Shown here piece after piece: positions 9,845 through 19,411 of a DNA stretch of 28,225 nucleotides. The DNA lies in NCBI GenBank assembly GCA_964638235.1, contig CAZWZD010000001.1, forward strand, positions 1 through 28,225. The letters are read 5' to 3'. A program made the translations under genes and the position numbers. The notes beneath the pieces were generated by a model. That model saw only the letters and a program-made list of their open reading frames with translations. It searched no databases and was not told the origin of the DNA. Position 1 is the first letter of the stretch, and every line of letters starts with the position of its first letter. Origin of the DNA: an uncultured Erysipelotrichales bacterium (lineage in GTDB: Bacteria; Bacillota_I; Bacilli_A; Erysipelotrichales; Coprobacillaceae).

Positions 9845-12800
9845 TTATTTCACCACCAAGAATGATACTAATTCGAAATCATTTAGTCCTGTCACTGTAT
9901 TTTCAAATAAAGTTGCTTGACCAATTTGAAATAAAGATTGGATACCTTTTTTCTCAACTACTCCTTTAATATCAAAAACAGCCTTTTCCAGTAATGAAGT
10001 ATACATGCTCATATCATTACCATTTTGTGTTTCTTTATTAAATTCTTTAACTAAGTTTTCAATTGGTTTTGTTTTTGTTTGGCATAAAGCTTTATACAAA
10101 TCCAATATCTTTTTGGGACTAGAGTTTTTTACATGAATATGACCATCTTCCGCTACATAAACTAGGAAATACGGGTATAAAGAAGTAGCTCCTTCTTGAA
10201 CATCAGTATATCTTTTTTGTTTTAAACAATAGATTACTCCAGGTCTACATTCTTCTTGAATTTTTGTATTAACATTTGTAACAGCATAAACACCTGTAGG
10301 ATATTTTTCTAATACATTAGGATTTTCTTTCATATATCTATCTAATGACATTATAAAATCATCTAGTGTTAAATCAGTTATTGAAATGCCACCTTGAAGT
10401 TCTTCAACATCTAATACTTCATTTTGTAATTGTTGCAATTGTTTCTTTCTATATTCAAGATTCTTACTCTCTGTATTTAATAAATCATCTTCTCCAGTTG
10501 CAGATAAGTCTAGAATAACCATTCTATTCTTAACTCTATTTTCTAGATTAATATATTCGTCTAGTTCCATATTAGGCCAGAAATTAACCAATTGAATTTG
10601 GGTATTTGTTGATCCGATACGATCTATTCTACCAAATCTTTGTACAATTCTTACAGGATTCCAATGAATGTCATAATTAATTAAATAATCGCAATCTTGC
10701 AAGTTTTGACCTTCACTAATACAATCTGTTGCTATTAAAACATCAATTTGTTGTTTTGACGTATCTATATAATTAGATTTAGGTGAAAAATGAGCCAATA
10801 TAGAATCAAATGTATTTGGTACAGACTTCAAGTTTGTTTTAGTGCCACTTCCACCTGTTACTACTCCACAGTATAAGCCATGTTTCTTTAATAACCATTC
10901 AGCAATGTTTACATACAAATAATCGGCAGTATCAGAGAATGATGTAAAAATAATCAATTTCTTGTTATCTTCATTTATTGGATTATTAATTTTATTTGTT
11001 ATTGTGTTCTTTAAATCTGCTAATTTTGCATCTCTATTACCATCAACCTTATTAGAATACATTAATAATTCTTCTAATATTTCTTTATCTTCTTCTAAAT
11101 CTTGTGATAACTTTAATACATCTAAATCTCTAATCTTTACTTTTACTTTTCCACCTACTTCTACATCGTCAAATTCGTCTGTATCAATTGATGAATCATC
11201 AAAACTATATTCAGAATTATATGTTATTGAATTTAACATATTATCAATCTGATTTTGAATTCTATTTAATGTAAGTGTAAATGAATTAACTGAACTTTCT
11301 AATCGTTTAAAGATATTTACACGCATTAAGTTACAAATACTTCTTTCACGGTCGGCTTGTTTAAAACTCCCCAATCCACCTTTTACTTTTTGATCATATA
11401 ATTCTTCATATATATGGATTCTATTAGGTAATACATACAACATTGGTGAATAAATCGCTAAATGTAATCTAGCAATCATGCTATTAACTTCTGATAATGA
11501 CGGAAATTGTTTTTTTATATCAATATCAGACTTGATTGAAACTGGTTGCAATCGTTTCGGAAATTCTCCAATATCTTTTGTATCATAATAAGTTTGTATA
11601 TGTTTTCTACTTCGCGCAATTGTAACAGTATTCAATAAGTTGAAGAAATTATAATCAAGCATTGGCAATAGATTTTGCGTTGTTTGTTCTTCTTCTGGTA
11701 ATTTTGACCATTCGTTGAATCTTTGTTGTGCAATTCTTAATGTACTTTCTACACTTTCAATCCCTGCATTATCTTTAAAAGCATCATCCATATCTTCAGT
11801 AATGAACATGATTTGATTCTTTAAATCTGCAAGTCTATTATTTACTGGAGTAGCTGATAACATTAGAACTTTTGTTTTTACACCAGATTTGATAATATTC
11901 TCCATTAACTTTTGATATCTAGTCATTTTATTCTTTCTAGCATTGTTATTTCTAAAATTATGCGATTCATCAATAACGACTAAATCATAATTACCCCAAT
12001 TTACAGTTTCTAAATTAATATCACCTGAATAACCAGTATCTCTAGATAAATCAGTATGATTTAAAACATCAAAATTGAATCTATCTTCAGTCAGAAAATT
12101 TGTAGTACTATTTTGCTTAAACGCAGTCCAGTTTCCTCTTAATTTCTTAGGCGCTAAAACAAGTACTCTGTCATTTCTTAATTCATAATATTTAATGATT
12201 GCTAGAGCTTCAAATGTTTTACCTAAACCAACTGAATCTGCAATAATACATCCATTATATAATTCTAATTTTTTGATAGCTCCTACAACTGCATCATGTT
12301 GAAAGTTATATAATGAATTCCATACTTTAGTTTTGTTGATTCCAGTTTTTTCTTTAACTCGAGCCATATCATCCATATTTAATAACTTCTCTCCAAAGAT
12401 ATTATACAAAGTTAAAAAGTATAATAACTCCGGAGAATTTTCTTTATATAAATTCATTAGATGTTTTAGCAGCTCTTCTTTAACATCTGCTACTATTTCT
12501 TCATTATCAAATACGCTGTTAAAAAAGTTGTTATATTGATCTATGATTTCTTGTTCATCATTTACAGTATTAAAATCAAATCTTAATTGTTTTGTGTATC
12601 CTAATCCATCTTTTGAAAAGGCAATATTAGTCCCGTTAACTAAAAAGCTATTATCAGAATTTTGAACAAAAATATTATTTGGTGTAACCACACCTTGTTT
12701 GATTACTGACTTAACTTCTCCCTTTTCCTTAATAAATGAATAACACTTATTCGCAATTTGATTTTGATCTAAATTGTTTTTTAAACTAATCTCTAAATTA

Positions 12801-13066
12801 AACTCAGAAACATTTCTTTCTCTCTGGCTCATTTGAAGTTCGAACTCTTTAACTTCTTTTTTATCTGTAATAATATTTCTAATAAATGTAGGTTCGTTGA
12901 ACAAGAATCTAAATTTTTTACTTTTCTCTAGTACTTTTCTTAATTCTTCAAAAGCATAGATTGTGAAAATAGGAGAACTAACACTTACAGTTGAACCAGG
13001 CTTAACATTATCTTTAATAAATTCTCCTACTGCACCGATTTTTGTTGAATCTAAAACTCTAGGCAT
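9845..13066 (-). CDS. SNF2-family (SF2) helicase with a degenerate PLD-like N-terminal domain (1073 aa)
   Basis: ADSVGLGKT, DESHNFRN, LSATPVNN, SEGQNLQD and WNPVRIVQRFGRIDR motifs. Confidence 0.9.
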   Translation of the reverse strand: MPRVLDSTKIGAVGEFIKDNVKPGSTVSVSSPIFTIYAFEELRKVLEKSKKFRFLFNEPTFIRNIITDKKEVKEFELQMSQRERNVSEFNLEISLKNNLDQNQIANKCYSFIKEKGEVKSVIKQGVVTPNNIFVQNSDNSFLVNGTNIAFSKDGLGYTKQLRFDFNTVNDEQEIIDQYNNFFNSVFDNEEIVADVKEELLKHLMNLYKENSPELLYFLTLYNIFGEKLLNMDDMARVKEKTGINKTKVWNSLYNFQHDAVVGAIKKLELYNGCIIADSVGLGKTFEALAIIKYYELRNDRVLVLAPKKLRGNWTAFKQNSTTNFLTEDRFNFDVLNHTDLSRDTGYSGDINLETVNWGNYDLVVIDESHNFRNNNARKNKMTRYQKLMENIIKSGVKTKVLMLSATPVNNRLADLKNQIMFITEDMDDAFKDNAGIESVESTLRIAQQRFNEWSKLPEEEQTTQNLLPMLDYNFFNLLNTVTIARSRKHIQTYYDTKDIGEFPKRLQPVSIKSDIDIKKQFPSLSEVNSMIARLHLAIYSPMLYVLPNRIHIYEELYDQKVKGGLGSFKQADRERSICNLMRVNIFKRLESSVNSFTLTLNRIQNQIDNMLNSITYNSEYSFDDSSIDTDEFDDVEVGGKVKVKIRDLDVLKLSQDLEEDKEILEELLMYSNKVDGNRDAKLADLKNTITNKINNPINEDNKKLIIFTSFSDTADYLYVNIAEWLLKKHGLYCGVVTGGSGTKTNLKSVPNTFDSILAHFSPKSNYIDTSKQQIDVLIATDCISEGQNLQDCDYLINYDIHWNPVRIVQRFGRIDRIGSTNTQIQLVNFWPNMELDEYINLENRVKNRMVILDLSATGEDDLLNTESKNLEYRKKQLQQLQNEVLDVEELQGGISITDLTLDDFIMSLDRYMKENPNVLEKYPTGVYAVTNVNTKIQEECRPGVIYCLKQKRYTDVQEGATSLYPYFLVYVAEDGHIHVKNSSPKKILDLYKALCQTKTKPIENLVKEFNKETQNGNDMSMYTSLLEKAVFDIKGVVEKKGIQSLFQIGQATLFENTVTGLNDFELVSFLVVK

Positions 13067-13077
13067 AGTTTCCCCTC

Positions 13078-13278
13078 CTAACGAACTATTTCTATTATGT
13101 CATCTAAATTACAATCAAAGTAACGACATATTTTAACTAAAATATTTAAAGTAACATATTCATTTTTGGACAACTTTGCTAACGTATTAGAACTTATTCC
13201 TACCTCTTTAGCAAAAGTAGTTTTATTCATTCCTTTATCAATTAACAACTTAAATAATTTGTTATAACAAACATCCAT
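13078..13278 (-). CDS. Cro/C1-type HTH regulator (66 aa), first gene of the defence operon
   Basis: YNKLFKLLIDKGMNKTTFAKEVGISSNTLAKLSKNE..LVKIC..FDC pattern; GGAGG SD. Its stop overlaps the helicase SD. Confidence 0.85.
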   Translation of the reverse strand: MDVCYNKLFKLLIDKGMNKTTFAKEVGISSNTLAKLSKNEYVTLNILVKICRYFDCNLDDIIEIVR

Positions 13279-13351
13279 TTATATTTCCTCCAGATATTAA
13301 TGTTATTAATAAATATTTGCGATTGCCAATATTTTTTCATTCAATAAAGAA

Positions 13352-13380
13352 ATTATATCACAACCAATAAATATGTTCAT
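13352..13380 (-). promoter_or_regulatory. Putative sigma-A promoter of the defence operon
   Basis: ATGAAC-N17-TATAAT with an extended -10 TG. An imperfect palindrome, AAATATTtGC-GATT-GCcAATATTT at 13311-13334, lies just downstream and is a candidate operator. Confidence 0.55.
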
Positions 13381-13428
13381 CCATTTTCATTAGAACGTAT
13401 GAAATATGCATATATATGTGCAATTTAA

Positions 13429-13478
13429 CAAAAAAACGCCAAGAAATAGTATGCTCTCGGCATACTATCCCTGGCGTT
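13429..13478 (-). terminator. Intrinsic terminator separating the backbone genes from the defence operon
   Basis: AACGCCA..ATAGTATGC / GCATACTAT..TGGCGTT stem at 13435-13478, followed by a T-tract on the minus strand. Confidence 0.75.
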
Positions 13479-13481
13479 ATT

Positions 13482-13826
13482 TTATACTAATAATCCTTTT
13501 ACATTTATTAATGAATTAATTAATCTATTAATCAGGTCTAAAGCAAAATCTTTTGGATTATTTAAATTAGCGAAATCTCCATCAATGATATCATTTTGCC
13601 AATTAATAATCGATTCTTCTATTGATTTAATCCTTTCTAGTTTATCATTAGGTAACTTTTCCCCCTCTAAATCAATTAGGATTGCTATTACTCCATTCAA
13701 ATACGAATCTACTTCTAGCTTATCTTGTAAGCCATTTTCAAATAATAAAGCTAAAGCCTTTAATTGCTGCATAATACAATCAACTTGAAGGCTAATCATT
13801 TCTTCAGAATATTCCTCAAACATCAT
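13482..13826 (-). CDS. Hypothetical protein (likely 114 aa; the ORF track starts it at 13880)
   Basis: AAGGAG SD about 10 nt upstream of the ATG at 13826. Confidence 0.6.
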   Translation of the reverse strand: MMFEEYSEEMISLQVDCIMQQLKALALLFENGLQDKLEVDSYLNGVIAILIDLEGEKLPNDKLERIKSIEESIINWQNDIIDGDFANLNNPKDFALDLINRLINSLINVKGLLV

Positions 13827-13882
13827 ACAACTACATCTCCTTATTGTTTCTATATTACAACCATTAAGTATCATTATCAAAT

Positions 13883-15049
13883 TTATTTGAATACAACTTT
13901 GTAACCTACCGTAGTTCCACCTTCCTGATATGGTTGTAGTTCACCATATGTTGCTGATGTTGAATGTAATTGACTATCCATATAAGAAACTGCTGCACTT
14001 TTACATGATGCAATATCGTAGTTGTAATCTCTAATATAGAATACTTTATTAGTTGGTTTTGGTTTATTAGATTGCTGTTGTTGTGGTTTAGAAGGATTGC
14101 TAGGTTTAGTTGAAGTGGAATTATTCGTATTTGGTAATTGATTTACTGGTTTTGGCTTTTCTTTAACTGTTACATTTAGTGTAGCAGTTGTTTTATTATT
14201 TGAAGAATCTTTTAGGTTGTATTGGAATGTAAATTTACCTTGTTGATTTGTATCAACATTACCTTCAAAAGTAATATCTTCTTTTTTTAACTTGCTGTAG
14301 TTATCATTAACGGATGCTACATAATCTAATGGATTGAAGGTATTGCCTTGTGTTAATGTTACTTCTTCTTGTTTTAGATTAATTGTTGGCTTTTGGTCAT
14401 CTATGACTGTAACAATTAAAGTTTTTGTTACTGTCTTCACACCATTACTAACTTCATAGACAAATTCATAATCCGTTAGCTGATCCATTTTCTGAAGCTT
14501 CGGTAATGTGATGGTATTCTTTTCATCATATTCTTTTACATAGTCAATTGGATGAAAGGTATCACCATAGGACAATGTAATATGATCATCTGTTAGTACT
14601 AAATTTATATCTTCATAATAGGCCATAATATAATCTTTCTTTGCAAATAATACAGCTGCTATTGATGATAGTAATAATGTAATAACAATAATGATTGTTA
14701 TTAACCTGGTTCTCTTTAAATGAATATCAGCTTTTGCATTTTCATAGACACCTTGATTTTCAAATAAATGAATTCTAATGTTTTCCATTGCTTCTGATGA
14801 GATATTAGGATTACACAATGGAGATGGATCAAGTCCATACTCCATTGCTAATGCTATTTCTCTCATCTGCTGCCAGTCATATCGAGGATTTTTGATGATA
14901 TCGATATCCAAGCCTTTTTCATCAGCAAGTCTTAACTGATTTTTTTGTCTTGCATCATAACTATAGGTTGAAAGTATATTATCTAATTTCTGGCTCATAG
15001 GTATATGGATTCTCTTCATATTCAAAGATATCAGGTAATTCACATTCAC
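13883..15049 (-). CDS. Membrane-anchored surface protein with Ig-like (DUF5011-like) domains (up to 388 aa)
   Basis: N-terminal GLD..NP..QM repeat module, TM helix ITIIIVITLLLSSIAAVLF, Ig-like units (DDQKPTINL..NVDTNQQGKFTFQYNLKDSSNN) and a P/S/N/Q-rich linker. Start codon uncertain; ATG at 14998 is an alternative. Confidence 0.7.
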   Translation of the reverse strand: MNVNYLISLNMKRIHIPMSQKLDNILSTYSYDARQKNQLRLADEKGLDIDIIKNPRYDWQQMREIALAMEYGLDPSPLCNPNISSEAMENIRIHLFENQGVYENAKADIHLKRTRLITIIIVITLLLSSIAAVLFAKKDYIMAYYEDINLVLTDDHITLSYGDTFHPIDYVKEYDEKNTITLPKLQKMDQLTDYEFVYEVSNGVKTVTKTLIVTVIDDQKPTINLKQEEVTLTQGNTFNPLDYVASVNDNYSKLKKEDITFEGNVDTNQQGKFTFQYNLKDSSNNKTTATLNVTVKEKPKPVNQLPNTNNSTSTKPSNPSKPQQQQSNKPKPTNKVFYIRDYNYDIASCKSAAVSYMDSQLHSTSATYGELQPYQEGGTTVGYKVVFK

Positions 15050-15380
15050 ATGATTCCATTAGATAATCATGATAGATATGATGAGTTTTACAGTAATCTA
15101 GATATCTGATTAATCCTTCACGATGTTCAATTTCATCATAATAACGATCAATTAATGTCCAATAGGCTGCATGCGTGCTATCTGACATATAGACAATGTT
15201 ATAGCCCTGTTCTAGATAATCCAATTCATAATCATCGAGGCTGTAATCCCATTCCGGTACTTTTAGATAGGCATCATCCTTTGAATCGTAGATATACAAG
15301 TAATCATGATTTTCATTGTCTTCATAGAAAGAAAGCATTGAATCCTTCTTTGCAAATATTGCTGTTAAAACTAATTCCAT
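14979..15380 (-). CDS. Hypothetical acidic, Tyr-rich protein (133 aa)
   Basis: Co-oriented ORF in the gene run, with protein-like composition. Confidence 0.65.
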   Translation of the reverse strand: MELVLTAIFAKKDSMLSFYEDNENHDYLYIYDSKDDAYLKVPEWDYSLDDYELDYLEQGYNIVYMSDSTHAAYWTLIDRYYDEIEHREGLIRYLDYCKTHHIYHDYLMESCECELPDIFEYEENPYTYEPEIR

Positions 15381-15393
15381 AAATAAAAACAGC

Positions 15394-15415
15394 TACAAGG
15401 TAAATTTACCTTGTA
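15394..15415. repeat. 22-bp perfect palindrome, copy 1
   Basis: TACAAGGTAAATTTACCTTGTA, 13 bp upstream of the ATG at 15380. Confidence 0.97.
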
Positions 15416-15429
15416 ACCTTCTCCTTTCA

Positions 15430-15933
15430 TTATGATAGGAAGAATCCCTCATCTTCCTTAATTTCCATCGTATCAAATAGTTCAGCCATAATACTGTCAT
15501 CTTCTTTGATACTGTCATATGTTTCTATATATTTTGTATTATTGACCTGAAACTTAGGTTCAGTTTTCTTTTTAGGTTTATTTTCATCTTCAATCATCTT
15601 ATCTGCTGTCATCTTTAAAGCAATTTCTTCATTGATTGCTAATGCATCAGGTGCTTTACCAACATCTAAAAGTAATAATGACTGATAGAATAGATGAGGC
15701 TCTTCTTCCTTTAAATTCTTCAACTGTTTATACATGATATTTAAAAATTGCTTCTTTACCTGATCTTCAACCATAACTTCAACTGGCTGTTTTAAAATAT
15801 CCTGGTAATGCTTTGCTGGCACATCTGTGGGCTGTTTTGTTTCAGGGTTGATATAGGTATAAGTCATATCATGAATGGTTTTACACATTTCTGTAATCTT
15901 CATCTTAGAAAAAATATCAAACTGCTTATTCAT
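15430..15933 (-). CDS. Hypothetical protein (likely 167 aa; the ORF track starts it at 15984)
   Basis: GGAGTG SD before the ATG at 15933, which overlaps the stop of the upstream ORF. Confidence 0.65.
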   Translation of the reverse strand: MNKQFDIFSKMKITEMCKTIHDMTYTYINPETKQPTDVPAKHYQDILKQPVEVMVEDQVKKQFLNIMYKQLKNLKEEEPHLFYQSLLLLDVGKAPDALAINEEIALKMTADKMIEDENKPKKKTEPKFQVNNTKYIETYDSIKEDDSIMAELFDTMEIKEDEGFFLS

Positions 15934-16252
15934 TGTCATCACACTCCAATCCATAAAAATAATCATCTGTATCCTGATCATCAACTACATGATCATAGCC
16001 ATCAATCATTTCTGCCATAGTTAAAATAATAGATAATTTCACTTTATCTTCTAATTCATCTGTTGCTTCAATAGCACTTTCATACATTAATCTTGTTAAG
16101 GTAGTTTTACCTTTCATATCTTCTTTATATTCATCTTTCGCATTTGTAATTAAACCTAATACACTTAACTTAGCCTGGATGATTCTTTTATCTTCAGGTG
16201 TTAAGTTCTTATAGTTGATAATTACTGGATCTAAATTATTCATCATCTTCAT
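15926..16252 (-). CDS. Hypothetical protein (108 aa)
   Basis: Overlaps both neighbours, consistent with operon coupling. Confidence 0.65.
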   Translation of the reverse strand: MKMMNNLDPVIINYKNLTPEDKRIIQAKLSVLGLITNAKDEYKEDMKGKTTLTRLMYESAIEATDELEDKVKLSIILTMAEMIDGYDHVVDDQDTDDYFYGLECDDNE

Positions 16253-17405
16253 CCCTTCTTCTTGTTCCTACTTCACTGATAAATTCAATATACTGACGAT
16301 CATTCAAATTCATTAAGTAATCAGCCATGATATCCTTTGTTACTGCATCTCGATCAAGCAATCTCAAACTTCTTTGCAACTCTATATCTCTATTTTTAAG
16401 AAGTGAATACAAAGCATCTAAAAGAACATTTAATTCTTCATCTTCTTTTACTTCCTTATGTAATACAATATTTGTCATACGTTGTTTATTCATATCAAAT
16501 ATTTCAGAAGCATTAGATAATGCAAAGTTACATGATGTAAAAGCGAGATCTTCACTAAAGTTTAATGACTTAAATTTGCATTCTACAAAACTGCAATGTA
16601 AAAACTTTGATGACATTAAGACATTTTCAAAAGTTGAATAATCAAAGATGACCTTTTGTAACATCACCATGTCTAATGCCATATTCTTAAAGGTACAGTT
16701 TATAAAGTCCGTACTCGCATCCAACTGCATATTCTTATCAAACTCACAGGAAATAAATACACATTCACTAAACAAGGTATTCTTTAATTCCTTTAATCCA
16801 AATGATTCATTTTTATAGGTAACTTTTTCTACTGTCTGTCTTGTTGTAACTTCAACTTTTTTATGTTCTTCCACCTTTTCTTCTACTCCTGTTATAAATA
16901 ATTCTTCTCTGATATAAGCACCTTCAACCTTGTTTCCTTGTTCTTCTAATGTAGCAGGTTCTAAACTACTGCCAATTACTTTCATATTATTTAGATTATT
17001 ACCTTTAAAATCCACTTCTTCTAAGCCAGTACAGTTTACAAACAAGACTGAACTCAATGTTGATTCAACAATCGCTGAATCATTAAAAGTACAGTGATAG
17101 AAGCAACAGTTAGGTAACGAACATGTAGTAAACACAACATTATTAAATGTGCAGTTATAGAAGGTACATTTACCTGAAATCGTTAATGCTCTGAAATTGA
17201 CATTTTCCACAATGCAGTTTCGCATCATCATCTCTTTCTTTTGACCCCTTATTTGATTTTTAATCTTTAACATATCAAAAGAAGTTTCAGTAAAGATATC
17301 ATGCTGCTTGATATCTCCTAAAACTTCTTCTTCCAAATTTAAAAGAGGTACTGACGAATCAATACCTCGATTTAATAAAAACGTACTAATTTTATTATCT
17401 TCCAC
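16236..17405 (-). CDS. Pentapeptide-repeat protein with two repeat blocks (389 aa)
   Basis: Five-residue periodicity such as CTFYN CTFNN VVFTT CSLPN CCFYH CTFND and CVFIS CEFDK..CSFVE CKFKS. Overlaps the virD4 stop. Confidence 0.75.
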   Translation of the reverse strand: MEDNKISTFLLNRGIDSSVPLLNLEEEVLGDIKQHDIFTETSFDMLKIKNQIRGQKKEMMMRNCIVENVNFRALTISGKCTFYNCTFNNVVFTTCSLPNCCFYHCTFNDSAIVESTLSSVLFVNCTGLEEVDFKGNNLNNMKVIGSSLEPATLEEQGNKVEGAYIREELFITGVEEKVEEHKKVEVTTRQTVEKVTYKNESFGLKELKNTLFSECVFISCEFDKNMQLDASTDFINCTFKNMALDMVMLQKVIFDYSTFENVLMSSKFLHCSFVECKFKSLNFSEDLAFTSCNFALSNASEIFDMNKQRMTNIVLHKEVKEDEELNVLLDALYSLLKNRDIELQRSLRLLDRDAVTKDIMADYLMNLNDRQYIEFISEVGTRRRDEDDE

Positions 17406-19332
17406 TATTTTCCTTCTCCTTTATATCATCCATAATACTGAAATATTTTGGTTCCTTCTTTGCAACATATCTAAGTTTGTAATCTACAAGTGATGGATAG
17501 AACACATACTGATTAAATGGAATTACCTTAGTGATAAAAGCTTTTTCTCTTTGTCTAAGAATCAAGGCTTCACCAAATTTAAAGTTTTGTAATCTATCAG
17601 GTGTAATTACCCTTTCTAATTCTTTTCTACCATTTCTTGTAATGTAATGTGATCCACAACGTTTAGATAATTCATCTAATGTTTCATAATCACCACTTAA
17701 CAGATAAACAGTATTCTTTGCATTGTTCTTGATTGTCTTAGCAGTATTTTTGCCATAGGCATTATCTAACTGGTCATATCCCTGAACAACAGCAGTCAGT
17801 CTTACACCTCTAGAACGACCTGCAGTTAATACATTCGTGATTTCATCAAATGCTGGAAACTGGCCCATTTCATCAAACATGATATGAAATGGTATAGGAA
17901 GTCTTAAATTAGGTGATGATCTTGCCGTCTTAACAAGGCTTTGCCATAACTGTTTAATAAACAATGTAACTAATGGATAATATGTCTGCTTTTCATCATG
18001 AACCTTCAAGTAAATCATTGTCTTTTTATTACCAATATTCTCTAGATCAATATCATTATTAGACAGCATCTTTTTAATCGCATCATTAGTAACAATACTG
18101 TTTAAATGTTTAGTAAGAACATTACGTGAAGACTTTCTTGTCTGTTCAGCACTGTCTACATAAGACATTAGCTTTTCCTTACTTAGATCACTGTTTGTTT
18201 TATGATTTTGCAAATAATACTCTAACCAGGAAACATTACCTCGTGATGTTTTCTTTTTTATTTCATCACCTTCAAGCATAACTCTAGCCACTGCCGGTAT
18301 ATTAATCACATCAATATTGCCACTTTCAGCAAGTAAGTGAATATATCCCTCTAATACACGACTAGCTTCTTCATTCCAAAAGTTATCTTCATTTGCTTCT
18401 TTTTTGCCTGAAGTAATAGCTTGTACAACATCTCTGAAATATTCCTGAGCTGATGAAAAATCAGCTGTTGTTCTGAATTCTTGTCGATATTTGTCGTAAA
18501 TATAATCACCTGCATCATTTGTACCAAAATAAGATTCATAATTTGGTATAGCACCATCACCATATAAAGTCTGATATTCTTTATCTATTTCATCTTTCAT
18601 CCTGTGATAGCGTTCTAACTGTTCATCTTGAATAGCCAACTGTCTTACATATTCACTTGCACCTAAATATAATGGATTCCAGCAATCACTGTTATCTGGA
18701 TCAATGAAATCAATAAAGTAAACATCATAGCCTTGTGATTTAAAAAGTTCTGCAGTCTTTTCTGATAATTCACCTTTAATGTCTACCGTTAATCCTGATT
18801 CACCAGTCATTGCCATCAGACATAACATCGGCAGCATAAAACTAAATGATTTACCTGAACCTGATGAACCAATAATTAAGCTATGAGAGTCACTGTCATC
18901 AACATAGACATGATCTTTATAAGACATAAAAATAAGTCCACTCTTATCATGAGCAGACTTCGTTGGTAATCTCATATTTAAATAACTGTTAAACTTCTTT
19001 ATTCTTAAATCCATTGGTGATGTTGTAATATGACATTGCTTATCAAAATACAATGGGGTCATCTGTTTCTTGTAGTAATCCATATCCGTTAAAGATGAAT
19101 AGTTATCTTTATCACTTGTATCTTTATCATTCATCTTATTCATCAACAAAAACAAAGGAACTATTAATGTAAACATCGTCAATCCCATAAAATACGAACC
19201 ATTAATAAACAGATACTTTGGATTTACTGTAATTCCAACGTTACCTGAAAACAGAAATGCAAGCTGCATTCCTACAAAATAAACAACAAATAAACTTACT
19301 ATCCAGGATATCAATATTTTCTTCTTATCCAT
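17395..19332 (-). CDS. virD4: Type IV coupling protein, VirD4/TraG family (645 aa)
   Basis: Two N-terminal TM segments, Walker A GSSGSGKS, Walker B IMFDEMGQF, and GRSRGVRLTAVVQGYDQL..YG. Confidence 0.93.
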   Translation of the reverse strand: MDKKKILISWIVSLFVVYFVGMQLAFLFSGNVGITVNPKYLFINGSYFMGLTMFTLIVPLFLLMNKMNDKDTSDKDNYSSLTDMDYYKKQMTPLYFDKQCHITTSPMDLRIKKFNSYLNMRLPTKSAHDKSGLIFMSYKDHVYVDDSDSHSLIIGSSGSGKSFSFMLPMLCLMAMTGESGLTVDIKGELSEKTAELFKSQGYDVYFIDFIDPDNSDCWNPLYLGASEYVRQLAIQDEQLERYHRMKDEIDKEYQTLYGDGAIPNYESYFGTNDAGDYIYDKYRQEFRTTADFSSAQEYFRDVVQAITSGKKEANEDNFWNEEASRVLEGYIHLLAESGNIDVINIPAVARVMLEGDEIKKKTSRGNVSWLEYYLQNHKTNSDLSKEKLMSYVDSAEQTRKSSRNVLTKHLNSIVTNDAIKKMLSNNDIDLENIGNKKTMIYLKVHDEKQTYYPLVTLFIKQLWQSLVKTARSSPNLRLPIPFHIMFDEMGQFPAFDEITNVLTAGRSRGVRLTAVVQGYDQLDNAYGKNTAKTIKNNAKNTVYLLSGDYETLDELSKRCGSHYITRNGRKELERVITPDRLQNFKFGEALILRQREKAFITKVIPFNQYVFYPSLVDYKLRYVAKKEPKYFSIMDDIKEKENSGR

Positions 19333-19344
19333 GCATCTCCTTCC

Positions 19345-19366
19345 TACAAGGTAAATTTACCTTGTA
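19345..19366. repeat. 22-bp perfect palindrome, copy 2
   Basis: Exact copy, 12 bp upstream of the virD4 ATG and directly 5' of its GGAAGGAG SD. Confidence 0.97.
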
Positions 19367-19400
19367 AATAAAAAAGACATTGTATAGTTACAATATCTTT
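19367..19400 (-). terminator. Intrinsic terminator after the TetR gene
   Basis: Minus strand AAAGATATTGTA-ACTA-TACAATGTCTTT followed by TTTATTT. Confidence 0.7.
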
Positions 19401-19411
19401 AGTCATTTTAC

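Noticed and set aside
1434-13278. Calling the defence cluster DISARM or BREX
   Set aside because: No drmA/drmB or pglZ/brxC/brxL-like genes; the core is type III mod-res.
18351-18563. 70-aa minus-strand ORF
   Set aside because: Alternative frame inside virD4.
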